Part shown: positions 12,929 to 27,373 of the stretch, in pieces
How positions within the stretch are numbered: the first letter of the stretch is position 1
How the letters are laid out: every line of letters begins with the position of its first letter
NCBI RefSeq assembly: GCF_009834535.1
Contig: NC_045697.1
Span: 33,110,001 to 33,174,000, forward strand
Direction of reading: 5' to 3'
Length of the DNA stretch: 64,000 bases
DNA from: Camelus ferus
Lineage: Eukaryota
Program-made: the position numbers and the translations under genes
The notes under the pieces: model-generated
Database searches by the model: none
What the model saw: only the letters and a program-made list of their open reading frames with translations
Told to the model about the DNA's origin: nothing

Positions 12929-15900
12929 GAACTTGAAGCATGGCTATGATTAAAAGATGAAATGTATGTAAAGCATATACCTCCAGGTCTGATTCTTATG
13001 AGGGGCTTAATAAAATTTGTTCACATCTCATTCCTCCCTTGTTAACTATTCCTTTGGGTTGTTGATGGTTGATTCTAGTGAAAGGTGTATTTTTATCTAA
13101 TACTCAATAGTATGTTGTACAGCCATCACTATGGACTTCATCTGTTTTGCTTTGTACATAATCATTTGTGTTTTCTCAGTCTTCAAATGATAGATACAAT
13201 ATTTTTATATTCTATCAAAATGTGTAACACAGGTCAGCCTTTTAAATGTTCATCAAATGATATGATTAATATACACAGTAGTACATATTTGATTGTGGTT
13301 TGGGCTTTCAACCTTTTTCAGGTATTTTTGGCTTCCTATAATGAGATTTACCATAACAATCACAATTTTGACTCAAGATTTTTTGTTTGCTATGAAAAAC
13401 ATTTTCACATAGTTTCTTTTATTCCCTACTTTCCCACCAAATAAGATAAGTTTGTTTATCCATTCAGCAAATAATTGTTGAGGAATGCATGTAGAAGGTT
13501 CCAAAAAAAAATTGTGAGAAGAAAATCTACCTTATGTATCGTGGAGATTTATATAGAGATAATGCATATAAGATGAAGCAGAAAAACCATCTTGTACATT
13601 GAAAGTTTCTCTACTAAAGTATGTTTCTAGTAATATTTACTCAATAATCCTTTCTAAACTATGTGATTTCCCTTTCTGACCTAGTGTTTACCACTCTTAC
13701 AATTCAGACACTATGTTAGACCTGGCAGGACAAACCTTCTCCTCTTATGCATAGCTGAGTCTGCCTGTCTGATTCCCGATCCAGTCCCAAGGGATGGGAC
13801 AAGGCGGTCTTGGTAACTTCTAGTCTGGCAAAGCCTCCAACTGGCAAGCTTCGATGAAAACTTGAGGCATTTTGAAAAATAGTGTCTATATTACTTTAAA
13901 ACAATGTTTATTTTTAATCTTTGAAATTAAAAAACCCTACACATGGAAAAGCATACGACATTTATATAGTTTGTTTACCCTCCAGAAATTATTTTATTAA
14001 ATGGCATACATATTTTCTTAGCTAGAAAAATAAATGAGATTTGTTAGAAATAGTTTTAGTATGCAAAACTCTGGACCTATATGATACATGAAAATGTAAC
14101 TCCATCTACTAGCCAACTGCTAGGTTTCTTAAATAAAAACGGATTCTATGACTTACAGGTTTCACAATTTAACTTAAGCTGAGGACTTCTGAAATCAGTC
14201 CCTTTAATCATTTGCCATTTAGTTTGACTAGCTATGAATTGTAGCCAATAAATATCACATAATTAAGCTATTACTAGATTTACAGAGTGGCTTTTATGAA
14301 AGCCAATTAATAACAAGACAATAGGTTTATTAGTTTCATTAGCAAGTATATTTATTATCAGTTATAAGCAGTTAAGTGCAATATACCACTCTTATTTGAT
14401 TAGATTTTTCTTCAGTTCATCTGATAAATCAACAAATACTGAGTGCCTGCTCTTTATTGCATGATTCTGGGGGCTGAACACTTGTCTACACCAAGAACTA
14501 AATGATTCCTGAGGTCATTTTTATTTGTAGGTCATAGTTCTCACATTTTACAGTATAGAAAGTTTTAGATATGAGTAACCTACCCTGGTTTCTTGATATT
14601 AACATTTCACTAGCTAATAATAAGACAAATATACATGTTACAAAAATATTAACTCTGGCATTAGGGCTTGAACCACATTGAGGTAATTCATGATGAACAT
14701 AAATCAAGTTCTTCTGGGATAGGACAAAAGGAGGATAACATCAGTGAATCCAACGTAGAACTTTGCTATTTACAGATACAATATCCGATAAGTAATTCAG
14801 TATATATATATACTTGCAAACTATGAGTATTTTTAGTTACTTTGTATCTCATTTTATAACTTTGAGATGCTTGTATTTGAGTAGAATAAATCTGAAAGTA
14901 AGTTAAATTTTTCAGATTAATTCTGAAACTATAGCTAGTTCTTATATGCTTCAAAATATACAGTAAAGAGAAAAACAACAGAAATCTCTAATTGTTTCTT
15001 AATGATGACTTAGTACTACATTTATTAATTTGTACTATGAACAGTACTTATGGATGAAATCACTTAAATATAGTTTTCTTAGTAATTGAGTCAGTACATT
15101 CTGGGCTCCATGATTTTCTCAGTCCAAAGTTTGTTCAATTATAGGATTTCAGTGATATTTTAAAAAGGAAAACATCATACTTCAACCCAAAACTAAAAAA
15201 AAAAAAATTAAACTTAGAGTAATTTGCTATTCCAAACTCATTAAATGATGGTTAGAGAATGGGTACAGACTATGTTTAATTCATCAACACACAGAGAGAT
15301 CAAAGATCTCTTTTTTGCGATAGTGTAACAATGACTAAGAAAACCATGTACTGCCACAGCAAATTACATTTTTGATAGACAGAGGGAAGAAATGTAAAGA
15401 TGAATTATTTTTGCCAGGCTTCTTTCTGTGCTGTAATTTCTAACTACTTTGCTTTAAGTATCTCACTAGAATATAAGTAGATAAACTCCTAGTGGAAATA
15501 GAAATAGACATTCCAGGCAACTCAGTAATCCAGAAAATAGGATGTGGAAGGAAAAAGAAAAAAAAATCAGCTTCCAGGTAGCTAAGGCAAAACTGAAGAC
15601 AGCCAGTTCTAGAGGTGGGTAATCGGTTATCAATTAGAAGCTATAAACTAAAATGAATTTAAAAAATATTTTCTTCATAATAGTTTTTATCTGTACCTCC
15701 TTGGATGCTCTGTTCCAATTAATCTAAGATATCTTTAGCATTTTATGTAGCCTTTTGGTCACTTTGGATATTAAAATTAATTTAGGTCAGTCAAAAACTT
15801 GAATCCTAGAAAATAAGTTTAATGGTCTTTTCCTATGGCCCCAGAATGGCATAAAAAAGAAATAGCCCCACTGATCTGGGTATGGCAGTTATAACATACA

Positions 15901-16269
15901 GACTTTGAAAGAACTATGAACGTCTTACTGCCCTAGAATAGACAGTAGAGGATCTCAACCAAAAGGTGTCATGTCTGAGTCCAGAGACTTCTTCCCAGGC
16001 CTTACTAACAACAAAGGAATGCCAACTAACACTGGCCATCCCCCTCCCCAGCTGACATAGGACAGACAGACACTTGGATACGTATGAATGAAAAGGGACA
16101 TGTGGCTAAATAGAAGCGGAAGGCTGTGCTAATACTTCAGCCAGTAGGTACTAACACAGACAGCTAGAAAAGATTCTCACACCAATTCTGGGTAGAAAAG
16201 AATGCCTACAAAGATCACTTCAACAATTAAGTTATTTATTTGTTTATGTGTTCATTTGTTTGTTGTAAA

Positions 16270-17560
16270 ATTTCTTTTTTATTGAAGTATAATTGATTTA
16301 CAATATTATGTTAGTTTCAGGTGTGTAGCATAGTGATCCAGTTATTTTTTTCTGATTATATTCCATTATAGGCTATTATAAGACATCAAATATAATTCCC
16401 TATGGCATACAGCAACTCCTTGTTCTTATCTACTTTATGTACGCTAGTTTGTATCTGTTAATTGCAAACTCCTAATTTATCCCTCCCCACCCCTTCTTCT
16501 CTTTGGTAACTATAAGTTTTTTTTTTTTTAATTTTGTATATAGAGTCATTTGTATTACTTTTTACATTCTACATATAACTGATATCATACAGTATCTGTC
16601 TTGCTCTTTCTGACTTATGTCACTAAGTGTAATATTCTCTTCATTCATGTTAATGCAAATAGCAATGTTTTGTTCTTTTTTATGCCAGAGTAATAGTCCA
16701 TTATATGTATTATCTGTTGATAGGCATTTGGGTGGTTTCCATGTCTTGGGTACTGTAAATAGTGCTATTATGAACATTGCGGCACATGTATCTTTTCAAA
16801 TGAGAATTTTTGTTTTTTCCAGATATATGCCAGGGAGTTAAATTGCTGGATCATATGGTAGCTCAATTTTTAGTTTTTTAAGGAATCTTCATACTCTTTT
16901 CCATAATGGCTGCACCAGTTTATATTTCCAACAACAGTGTGGGAGGGTTCCCTTTTCTCCACACCCGCTTCAGCATTTATTATTTGTAGACTTTTTGATG
17001 ACAGCCGTACTGACAACTGTAAGGTGATACCTCATTGTGGTTTTTATTTGCATTTCTCTAGCACTGTGAGCAACTTTTCATGTGCTTATTGGCCATCTGC
17101 ATAGGGCTTCTGCCCATTTTTTGATTGAATTGTTTCGGGTTTTTTTTTTTTTTTTTTTTTTGATATTGAGTTGTATGAGCTGTTTGTATATTTTGGATAG
17201 TAGCCTCTTGTTGCTTGTATCATTTGCAAATATTTTCTCCCATTCCATAGGTTGTCTTTTTATTTTGTTGGTAGTTTTCTTTGTTGTGCAAAAGCTTTTA
17301 AGTTTTATTAGGTCTCATTTATCTAGTTTTGCTTTTTTTTCTTTTGCCTTGGGAGACTGATCTAAGAAAATATTGCTATGACTTATGTCTGAGAATGTTT
17401 TGCCTATTTCTCTTCTAGGAGTTTTATGGTGCTATGTCTTATATTTAGGTCTTTAAATCATTTTGAGTTTATTTTTGTATATGGTGCAAGAGAGTGTTCT
17501 AATTTCACTGATTTACATGTAGCTGTCCAGCTTTCCCAACACCATTTGTTGAAGAAACTT
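16270..17560 (-). mobile_element. 5'-truncated L1 (ORF2 C-terminus plus 3'UTR), relatively young, sense to GABRG1
   Basis: T-rich tail then attgaagtataattgatttacaat. ORF 16562..16777 (MFIIALFTVPKTWKPPKCLSTD) is the L1 ORF2 C-terminal motif. Confidence 0.92.
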
Positions 17561-19199
17561 GTCATTTATTATGTATACTCTGAAGTGAACAGATTAAATG
17601 CTACTCTGCATAGTGTATATTACTACTTACATTTAAATAGAAATTAACTAAATTAAATTAAAATATATTTGCTTAGTCATACTAACCAAGTGTTCAATAG
17701 CCAATAACCAATTTTAAGTATTCAATACTCATAAATACATGACTTATTAATATCTATATATAACATTATATATTGAATATATATATATAAATTTTTTGGA
17801 ATGTCTTCTTAGGAGAATAAAAAACTGGTCTCATTCTGTAGTTAAACATCTGTTTAGGCAGCAACTTAGCAGCCTGCTGCTGGTCCTTTATCTGATAAGG
17901 GGAAAAGCAAGTTAAAGAGGAATGGTGGGATTTAAACAAAAAGCAGCAGTGGAGTATTTGCACATCGACTTTTTAGAATGTCTAGGATATTTTATTTTCT
18001 TGTGGGTATAATTTACACCAAAAGAACATAATTGAGCCAGAGGCATCTTACCAGTTTTTTGACCACCAACAGCACATATCTCCAGATTAGACTGTTAATG
18101 AAAGGAACTAAGGCAGGTGGAAAATATAGAAAAACATCCAGGTCTCCCATATCAAAGAAGAGAGCAGTATAAAATGCCTATGAACAACAACAACAACAAA
18201 ATGTTCCTACCCTCCTACCTATAAAAGAGTCATCATTTATATATCTGTCTCTCAATGGACACCAAGGGCCAGCTGGTGTTAGCCCCAAAAGAAGTAAAAA
18301 CTATCAAGACTCAAGTTTCAACTGCACCCAGTTAAATGGGCCCAGAAAGCATTTCTCATTTCCATTGCATGTTCTCATCACCAAGAACCCAGAAGAATCA
18401 AACAGATGTAATAAAAAAAGCAGATCATACCTCCTCCCTTCTTTACCCCAAATCCCTTTCTAGTGGCATTTGTCTACCATGTGTCCTGGGAGAGGGGTAG
18501 CTTTGATTCTGTTTGGATATTAAATTTTAGATTTTATCAAACTATTTAAATTATTGAAAGTGTTTGGAAATCTATAAACTCTACCTGAAAAGTTTCTTAA
18601 ATAATAAAAAAGAAGTTTGGACATAAAGTAATTGAAGCTTTACTAGAATTGCAAAAGCTCTTGATGTTTTTCCCCATTAAGTTTGAAAGTCCTCAGTAGG
18701 TTGATTGAATCTGTTTTCATACCATCAATGAAGAGGAAAGATGCTAAGACAAGTTTTGGACAGAAGGAATGCTGACAAATCACCTCAACAATTGTCATTC
18801 ATTATGTATGAGATGCACAGATAAAAGCTACTATGCCTGGTATAATTATCAAGGGACTTAGGACATATTGTATCTAATCTGTTAAACAAAGTGATGTAAT
18901 AGATGTATGTAGCATTTGAAAGAACAAATCTTGATCTGAAATAATGCAGTTAAGATGCTAAATTCATGAAGAAGAGCAACTGTCAAAATACCTACCCATG
19001 AAATAAAAAAGATTTTACACACTGGGTTCTATTCAGAAAATATTCATTCAGTTAATATTAAGTGAACAGAGTTTATGTTTCAGGCATCGTATTAGCAACT
19101 AGGAGTAGAGTGATTTCTGCTTTCTGGGAACTAACATTAATTGAAGGAAAAGAGAGTGTCAAGTAATAATAGTAAAATATGATGAGTGAAATGGAAGTA

Positions 19200-21440
19200 T
19201 ATGGATTTATACTTCTTCATGTGATAAGTAACTGGTATCAAATTAACCATCTCAATAAAAACAACTATAAGTTTATTTAAATAAAACTATAAATTAATTT
19301 AATGTAAAAATGGAGACCATTGAAGGAATCACATTGCAGCTAAGACAGTCAGGATTTGATGCAACAATTTCCTGGGAAAAATAAAAATTGCAGTGATGTG
19401 AGTTCTACACTATTCTTTGGCCACTTCTTCCCCTTGGTGCATTTGTTGTTTCACTGCACAGAAATAGTGTCTAAACAAAGCAAAGTGGCTTAGAGCTTGT
19501 ACCTTTCTCATTGGACTGAAGGGACAAAAATTGGAGTGAATGTCTATCAAGACAACTAGGACTTCCCTGGGACAAAGGAAAACACAGGAAATTAAACCAG
19601 ACACTCTACAGGCAGCTTGCCCTTAAGGCATTTACTAATTCTTAAATTGTGTATTTACATCGTGCAATACTGAGAAAACAAATATAAATCAGCTACTGAA
19701 CTCTAAAGTAATATGTGAGGATTTCAGCTATTTCAGGGATGTCTGGGGCCAGCAGGGAGGGGAATTCCTGGTTCAAATCTTAGGTTATCAGTTGAGACAT
19801 TTCAAATGGCTATGCCCCAGGAGAAAGGAAAGTTTTACGAAAGGAAATACACCAATTTTGGCCAAATGAAGTTTGTATTCCTTAACTCATCCTGACTCCT
19901 CAAACAAAATTAAATCCTCTCTGGAGGAAAATAACATCGTCTGGAATCTCCATTATTTTTAATATGTTCAATAAAAAATTAAGTCAATTCCATGAAACAG
20001 AAGCAAATCACCTTTAACCAAGAGATAAAATGAAAAATAAAAAGTTTTGAAAGTCACACATGTGATCAAGATATTGTGGTTATCAAAGACTTTAAAATAA
20101 CTGTGATTAATACATATGAGAAAATAGATGAAAAGACAGCAAATTTGATAAAATACCTGAAATTTCTCTAAAAATCAGATATAAACACTACAAGTGAGAA
20201 TTATTAAATCAGAAAAAGTCAATAATAAAGAACAGACTGAAACACAAAGTAGGAAATAATGAAAATAAAATAAAAGTGTTTGAGGCAATGGAGATCGAGA
20301 AAATGTCAAACATATCTGCAATGGAGTCACAAAGAAATTGAGAGATTCAAGAAGCCCTGTGAATCCTCATCAAACGTACATCAAAAACAAAACACAAAAG
20401 TCTAGGGATATTATATAAAACTGCAGAAAACTAAAGACAAAAAAAAAAAAAAAACTAAAAATAGCCAGAGATAAAAGATATTTTACCTTTAGAAGAGCAA
20501 CATTAATGTTTAAAAGTGATTTTCAACAGAAATAATAGAAGCAAGAAGATGGTATGATGTTTATTTATAGTTTAGAAAGGCAGTAACAGCCATCTTGGGT
20601 TTCTGTATCCATTGAAAATATCATTCAAAAATGAGGGCAGCACGAAGAATATTTTCATTTAAGGACTGGAATAACTTACTGCCAGGAGACTTTCACCAAA
20701 AGAAAACTCCAGGACATATGTTTCTAAATGGAAACACAACATTGAAAAAAGGAAAGAATATCAGATAGGGTAATTTTTTGGTAAAAGTGAATTGTTGAGT
20801 ATTCTAAAATCATAATAATAGTGTCTTTTGGAATTTCAAAATATATAATGAAAATATGTGACTATAATTGCAAAAAAGATGACTAGAGTTTATGTAGTAA
20901 ATGGCTTATAAGGTCCTCAAATTGGAATAAATTTATTCCTGTATGATTAAATCTAATAAAGAATGCATATTTTAATCACTAAAAGTGATAAATGATTATA
21001 TATATATGTATAAGATAATGTAAAGAGCAAATGAAATCATAACTAATTGATGAATCCAAAAGAGGGAAAGAATAGAGGAAAAATAAAATTTGTATAAAAT
21101 GGATTAAGCAGATTAGAGAAACGGAAAACAAATATAAAAGCAATAGATTTAAAATATATATACAATAACTATCTAAAGTATGTCTGTACTAACCACTCCA
21201 CTGAAAGTAAAAAGACTGTCAGACTTAATTATATGAAACAGAAACCAAATATGAAACTTCTCTTCAACAGAAAGGTATAACAGTCCTATATTTGTATGTA
21301 CCTAAAACAGTCTCAATTTGTACAAACCAAAAACTGACTGGACTTTTAAAAAATAGACAAATTGATAGTCATAAGATTTTTAACATAGCTCTTTCAACAA
21401 ATATGTAGATTATTTAAGTTCCAAGAATAATACACTTGAT
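19200..21440 (+). mobile_element. Ancient L1 5' region/ORF1 and start of ORF2 (decayed)
   Basis: A-rich; gaagccctgtgaatcc...aaaactgcagaaaactaaagacaaa...agccagagataaaaga...tttcaacagaaataatagaagcaagaaga resembles the L1 ORF1 C-terminus. Confidence 0.7.
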
Positions 21441-21444
21441 TGTC

Positions 21445-22473
21445 TTTGAAGGATAACTGATCTACAAGACTATGTTAGTTCTTGTTACAGCACATAGTAA
21501 TTTGATATTTCTATATATTTCAAAATGATCACTATGATAAGTCTAGTTACAATATGTCACCATGCAAAGATATTACATAGTTATTGACTGTATTCCCTAC
21601 CCTGTACATTTCCTACCCTGATGTTTATTTTGCAACTGAAGTTTGTACCTCTTAATCTTCCTCACCTGTTTCTTTCCTCTTTCTACTTCCCTCCCATCTG
21701 GCAACTGCCTGTTTGTCCTCTGTATCTACAACTCTGTGTCTGTTTTGTTATGCTTGTTCATTTGTTTTGTTGTTTAGATTTTATACATAAGTGAAATCAT
21801 ACAGTACTTTCTTTCTCTGTCTTATTTCACTTAGCACAATACCCTGTAAGTCCATCCATGTTTTCGCAAATGGCAAGATTACATTCTTTTTTATGGCTGT
21901 ATTTCTCTGTATATCTACATCACATCTTCTTTATCCATTCAACTATTGATGAACACTTGGGTTGTTTCTCTAGCTTAGCTATTGTAAATAAATGCTGCAA
22001 TGAACACAGAAGCATATACCTTTTCAAATTAGTGTTTTTGTTTTTTCTGGATAAAATACCCAGGACAGGGCTGCTGGATCATTGGTAGTTTGATTTTTAA
22101 TTTTTTGAGTAATCTCCATACTGTTTTCCATAATGGCCACATCAATTTACATTACCATCAACAGTGCACGAGTGTTCCCTTTTCTACACGTTCTCATTAA
22201 CACTTGTTATTTTGTTGCCTTTTGATAATAGCCATTATTAACAGGTGTGGGGTGATATTGCATTATGGTTTTGATTTGCATTTCCCTGATGATTAGTGAT
22301 ATCGAGTACCTTTTCATGTTCCTGTTGATCTTCTATAGGACTTTTTTGGAAAATGGCTATTCAGATCCTGTGCCCATTTTTTAATCAGTTGTTTGCTTTT
22401 CTGATGTTGAGTTGTATAAGTTCTTTGTATATTTTGGATATTAAGCCCTTATCAGATATATCACTTTCAAATA
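21445..22473 (-). mobile_element. 5'-truncated L1 nested in the older L1
   Basis: Reverse 3'UTR (atgataagtctagttac...agtgaaatcatacagta) followed by reverse ORF2 end (ggtgtggggtgatattgcattatggttttgatttgcatttccctgatgattagtgat). Confidence 0.88.
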
Positions 22474-22484
22474 CTTCAAAACAA

Positions 22485-22876
22485 GTAGAACAAACAAATT
22501 AATGCAAAAGGGATTGGATTTGTGATTACCAGAAGTGAAGGTGTTGGGGAGAAGGGAATTGGATGAAGGCAGCTGGAAGGTACAAACTCCCAATTATAAG
22601 ATAAAAAAGTATTGATATTACAAAACTCAACATAATAAATGTAATTAACACTGCTGGATATTATATATGAAAGTCATTAAGATAGTAAATTCTAAGAGTT
22701 CTCATCATAAGAAAATAACTTTTTTTTTGCATTTCTTCAATATTGTATCTATCTGAGCTGATGGATATTCACTAAACTTATTGAGATAATCAGTTCATGA
22801 TGTAGTGAATCAAATCATCCTGCTATACACTTGCTCTGTGTGTCAATTATATCTCAATAAAACTGGAAGAAAAAAT
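22485..22876 (+). mobile_element. L1 3'UTR end of a different subfamily, with polyA signal
   Basis: gatttgtgattaccagaag...aaggtacaaactcccaattataagata...gagttctcatcataagaaaa...tgtcaattatatctcaataaaactggaagaaaaaa. Confidence 0.8.
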
Positions 22877-22879
22877 ATT

Positions 22880-25800
22880 AATACATTAACATGAATTAAA
22901 TTCCACACTTTACTCAGAAAAAAATAGTGTATATATATTTTTAATCCTAAGAGGGTACTTTGAAGACTTCTTTGCAAATAAACTTGAAAACCTAGATAAA
23001 AATGATCTTTTTTCCTATGGAAATACAGATTACCAAAATTCACCCTGTTAGAACAGAAAGCACTAACAAACCAATTTCCATAAGAAAAGAAAGTGATTAA
23101 CTATTTCCAAAAAGCATGAGACCTGTATGAATTTCTAATGGAATTCTACCAAACTTTCGAAAGTCAGCTGATGCTAACACCTGGATAAAGTGCTAGGCCT
23201 CTGAGAATGAAGGAAAACTCCCTTTCATGAAACAAATATAAAGAAGAATAGCTTAAAAAGATAAAGACAGGACTCAAAACTAAAATGGAAGACAGATATT
23301 TATAAATACCAATGCAAAATACTAAATAATATATTAGCAAGTAGAATCCAACACCTCATTAAGTATATAATAGATCATGTCAAGAGGGCTTTAGTCCAGG
23401 ATGCAAATTGTTTCAATTAATATTATATACCACATTAATAGATTTAAGGAGGATAAAACTCATAATTACTTCCAGAAATGTTGAAAAAGCCTTTGATAAA
23501 TTTCAGCACTAAATCCTAAGTTAAAAACAAAATCACGCAAATTGATGGATAATTTCTTAATGTGAATATGCATATGAAGAAACACTAGAGTCATTTCCAT
23601 AAGAACTTGAACAAGGCAAAGTTACCCATTATCTTCACTATTATTCATTATTATCATAGACATACTAGATACTATGATCCAATGCTTTTAGACTAGAGAC
23701 ATCAATTAGTTGCATATGAATTGGTAAAGAAAAAATAAAATACATTTTTGTGTGTGGTATGATAGCGTATTCTGTAAACAATGCTTAAACTAATATAAAA
23801 TCAGTAAAGTAACAGGAAGATAGTAAGATATAAAATGAGCATTCATAAATCAGTAGTATCCATATATGAAAACAATAATCAGAGAACTTGATGGTTAAGA
23901 AAACACAATTTACAGCAGAAAAAAATAAATACTTAGGATTCAGTTTAAAAACTGTAAAAAAATAAATCTTTGAGTAAGTCTTTAAGATATTCCTGAGAGA
24001 CACAAAATAAACATGAAGAATTGGAAAGACAACCCATGTTCCCATGTTGGATGACTCAATGTTATACAGACGTTAGTTTTCCCAAAGTTAATTTACAAAT
24101 TTTACACAATACAAATAAAAATACCAACAAGTCTTTTTTAGTGGTAATTAAATTTGTTGATAATAAAGCTCATCATGTTTTTTTAAATTTTTAAATTTAT
24201 TTTTAACTTTTTCATTTTTCATTGTCTTTTTCTTTTTTTTCTTCTTTGTCTCTCTCTCTCTTTTTTTTTAAGACATACAATAGCCAGAAAAACTGAAAAG
24301 GGAAAACAAAACAAAATGAAAATATGAGGTTGGACTAGTTTTATAATGCATTAATACTAAATGTTTTAGTTTCAATATACTGTTGAATCTCTACTATTAA
24401 TATAGTGTGGTGGCAAGATAAGCGAATGGAATAGAAAGGTCATAAATAACCAAAGTATATAAGGAAATGTAATGTATGATAAAGTCAACATCTAAAATAA
24501 TGGAAGCAAAGATTGACTTTTTAATAAATCATGCTGAGTCAACAGAAAAGCCATTTGAAAAAGATAAAAATTAGACTCATACTTTATACCATATGTAGGA
24601 AGAAAGTTTCAGTGCATTAGGGAATTAAATATACAAAATAAAACCATACAAATACTAAAAGTAAGTGTGAATGAATTCTACTCAAAGTGGAATATAACCA
24701 GTAACACTCGAACCAATGTTCAAAAAATGGGTAACATAATCACACTGAATGGGGAAAGGGAAGAAAAAAACCTAACCTGAGTAACTTTAGGAAATAGTAT
24801 TTTGCTTACTACTCTAAAGATAAAGACAAAAATAATTGTACATGAATACTTTATTCCAGTTAATTTTTCATAGATAATGTGTTAAAATTGAGAACTACTT
24901 TATGTATTTACTGGAATTTAACAAATAAGAAAATATACTATGGGTAAATGAGCCAGGTGTCTCACTGGTGGAAAAAGAAGTTACAAATAAGGAAAAGGGA
25001 AAGTTAGAATGAACCCCATTGTCTTTGGATTGGAATCAGGGCTACTGGTATATAAATATGGACTTGTGATTTATAATACATGTACAAAAGGATAGACACA
25101 GAAATATAGGTGCCAGTATAGGTAGAACATATATTTTCTCCTTCTGCCCACTGAGAGGGTCAAGAAGCAATGACACCCAATATTAATGAACACACCTAGT
25201 GCCCAGAGCTTGATTTCTGAATACAAATCTACAAAAAAAGAGGAACCAGGGTTCCTTGGGGAAATGGTGAATTCCATTGCTGGATCAAGATGAGCCTGAA
25301 ATATCTTTCATGCTGGAAATTTAGGACACACTCAGAAAATGATGAAAACATGTGAAGGGACAGAGAAGTCAAATCATAGGATGTACCAGTGGCCAAATTT
25401 ATTCTGAGCAATAAAATAAATAATGATAGTAAAGGATTGTAAACTATAAAATAAAACATGTATCTAGAGGTCTACGCAAAATAGACAAAGTGAATAGATA
25501 AATACTTGGACAAGTCATAGCTCCTCCTGATAGTAGTATTACAGTTAATTTATGTAGAGGGAATGATGACAATATTGAGTTACCATGTGGCAAACAGCAC
25601 ACAGTAATACTCTTTCAGGTAAGAATCATTGATGGAGACTAGTTGAATGGGCAAAAGTGTGCTGAGAAATACTTGCATAGCTTCTACCAGGACAGTATCT
25701 CCTCATTGCCTATTTATTAATCAAAAAAGGAAAGATAATAACTTCACAGTGGACAAACCTGGAAGAAAATCACACTAAACCAAAGTTAACATCACCAGCA

Positions 25801-27325
25801 ATAAAATATATAAACATCACATACCTCCTCATACATTACACTGAAAGCACAAAGTGTCACTTTTGTGGTATTCTTGGTAAATGTATGTGAATGCAGCCCA
25901 GTAAGGAAAATATGAAACAAACTAAGGGTTGTTCCACCGGACAGTGCATTTTAAAAGTACCATGTTCAATAAACAAACAGATAAAGCTGAGAACTACACC
26001 AAATTGGAGGAGAGTATGGAGACATGAGGACAAAATGCAATGCGTGATCTTGGTTAGAGTTCTTAACCAGAAGAAAAGGACATTAGTGATGTATCTGCCA
26101 TAATTTGAATAAGGTCTATATATTAGTTAATAGTATTGTATCAATATTAATGTATTGATTTACCTAACAGTTCTATTATTATGTAAAATGTCAACATTAT
26201 GGTTGAAAGGTTTATGAAAATTCCATGTATAGACATAATTTTACTAAATCTAAATTTTATTTTGAAATTAAATAATTAAGCAGTATAGGAAAATGATATT
26301 AAATGCAAGAAAAATAGATTAATATAATGAATGAAATAGTGTAAAATAATAAAATTTAGGAAAACTTTCAATAAAAAATTTGACAAAGTCAAAATTTGAT
26401 TTTATGACAAACTAAGAAAAATGTTAAAGTCCTTTAAGTTTTATTCATAAATGAAAGAATAGATTACTAATAGCAGGAATGGCAAAGGGGAAAAAACCCT
26501 CAGATCCTAAGGGTGATTAAAAAAATCACAAAAGGTACTATGAAATAATTTAGCACTAATAAATTTGAAAATTTCAATTCTTTCATAATAACCCAAAACT
26601 GACTATTAAAGTAATTGTAATGTTAAAAAAATTTTCCCCAAACGCAAACTCTAGGCCAAAGTGACTTCACCAAATAATTCTTCCAAATATTTAAGGAAGA
26701 AATAGTATCCATTTTAGATAACACTTTCAGAGATGAGAAGAAAGGGAAAACATAATTCATTTGTATATGCTAGCATTATCTTGATTCCAAAACTGAAAAA
26801 GACATTACAGAAAGTTAAGTAACTGGCTAATGCCCATTACAAATATAGATGTAAAATTCCAAAACAAAATATTATCAAATTGAATCTAGTGATACTTTAA
26901 AAATATTACCATGTCACAACCAAGTTACATTTAGTACAGAAATGCAAACTTGGTTTAAGTTTTAAAAAATCAGTCAAAGTTAGTTATAGAACAAACAATA
27001 AGTAGACTAAAGGGCAAGATATAATCAATATAATTGTTTCAATAGATGCACAGAAATCATCTGAAACATTGGGGAGCTAAAAAGAACCCTAGCAAAATAA
27101 GAAGAGAAAGAAACTACAAAGAGAATCTTAAAAAAAAAAAAAGAGAGAGAGAATGCCTACAGCAAACATCATAATTAACAGTGAAATATAGATTGCTTTC
27201 CCCAGTATCAGAAACAAACCAGGACTATCAACATTGATCTCTGTCTTAGTGCAACATGTCATTAAAAAGACATGTAATTTTGAAAATGGATAAAATATCA
27301 TTATTTGCAAAGTAACATCAGTAAA
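22880..27325 (+). mobile_element. Old L1 ORF2 and L1MC-type 3' segments (composite)
   Basis: ORF2 relics (gaattctaccaaactttc, aatgcaaaatactaaataatatattagcaagtagaatccaac). L1MC3-like 3'UTR at about 24700-26280 (ctgagagggtcaagaagcaatgacacc...aggaaccagggttccttgg). A further ORF2 RT relic spans 26300-27325. Confidence 0.8.
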
Positions 27326-27373
27326 TGTGGCTTTCATAGTCACCAAAATGCCAGAAGGGTTCCTCAGACTTAC

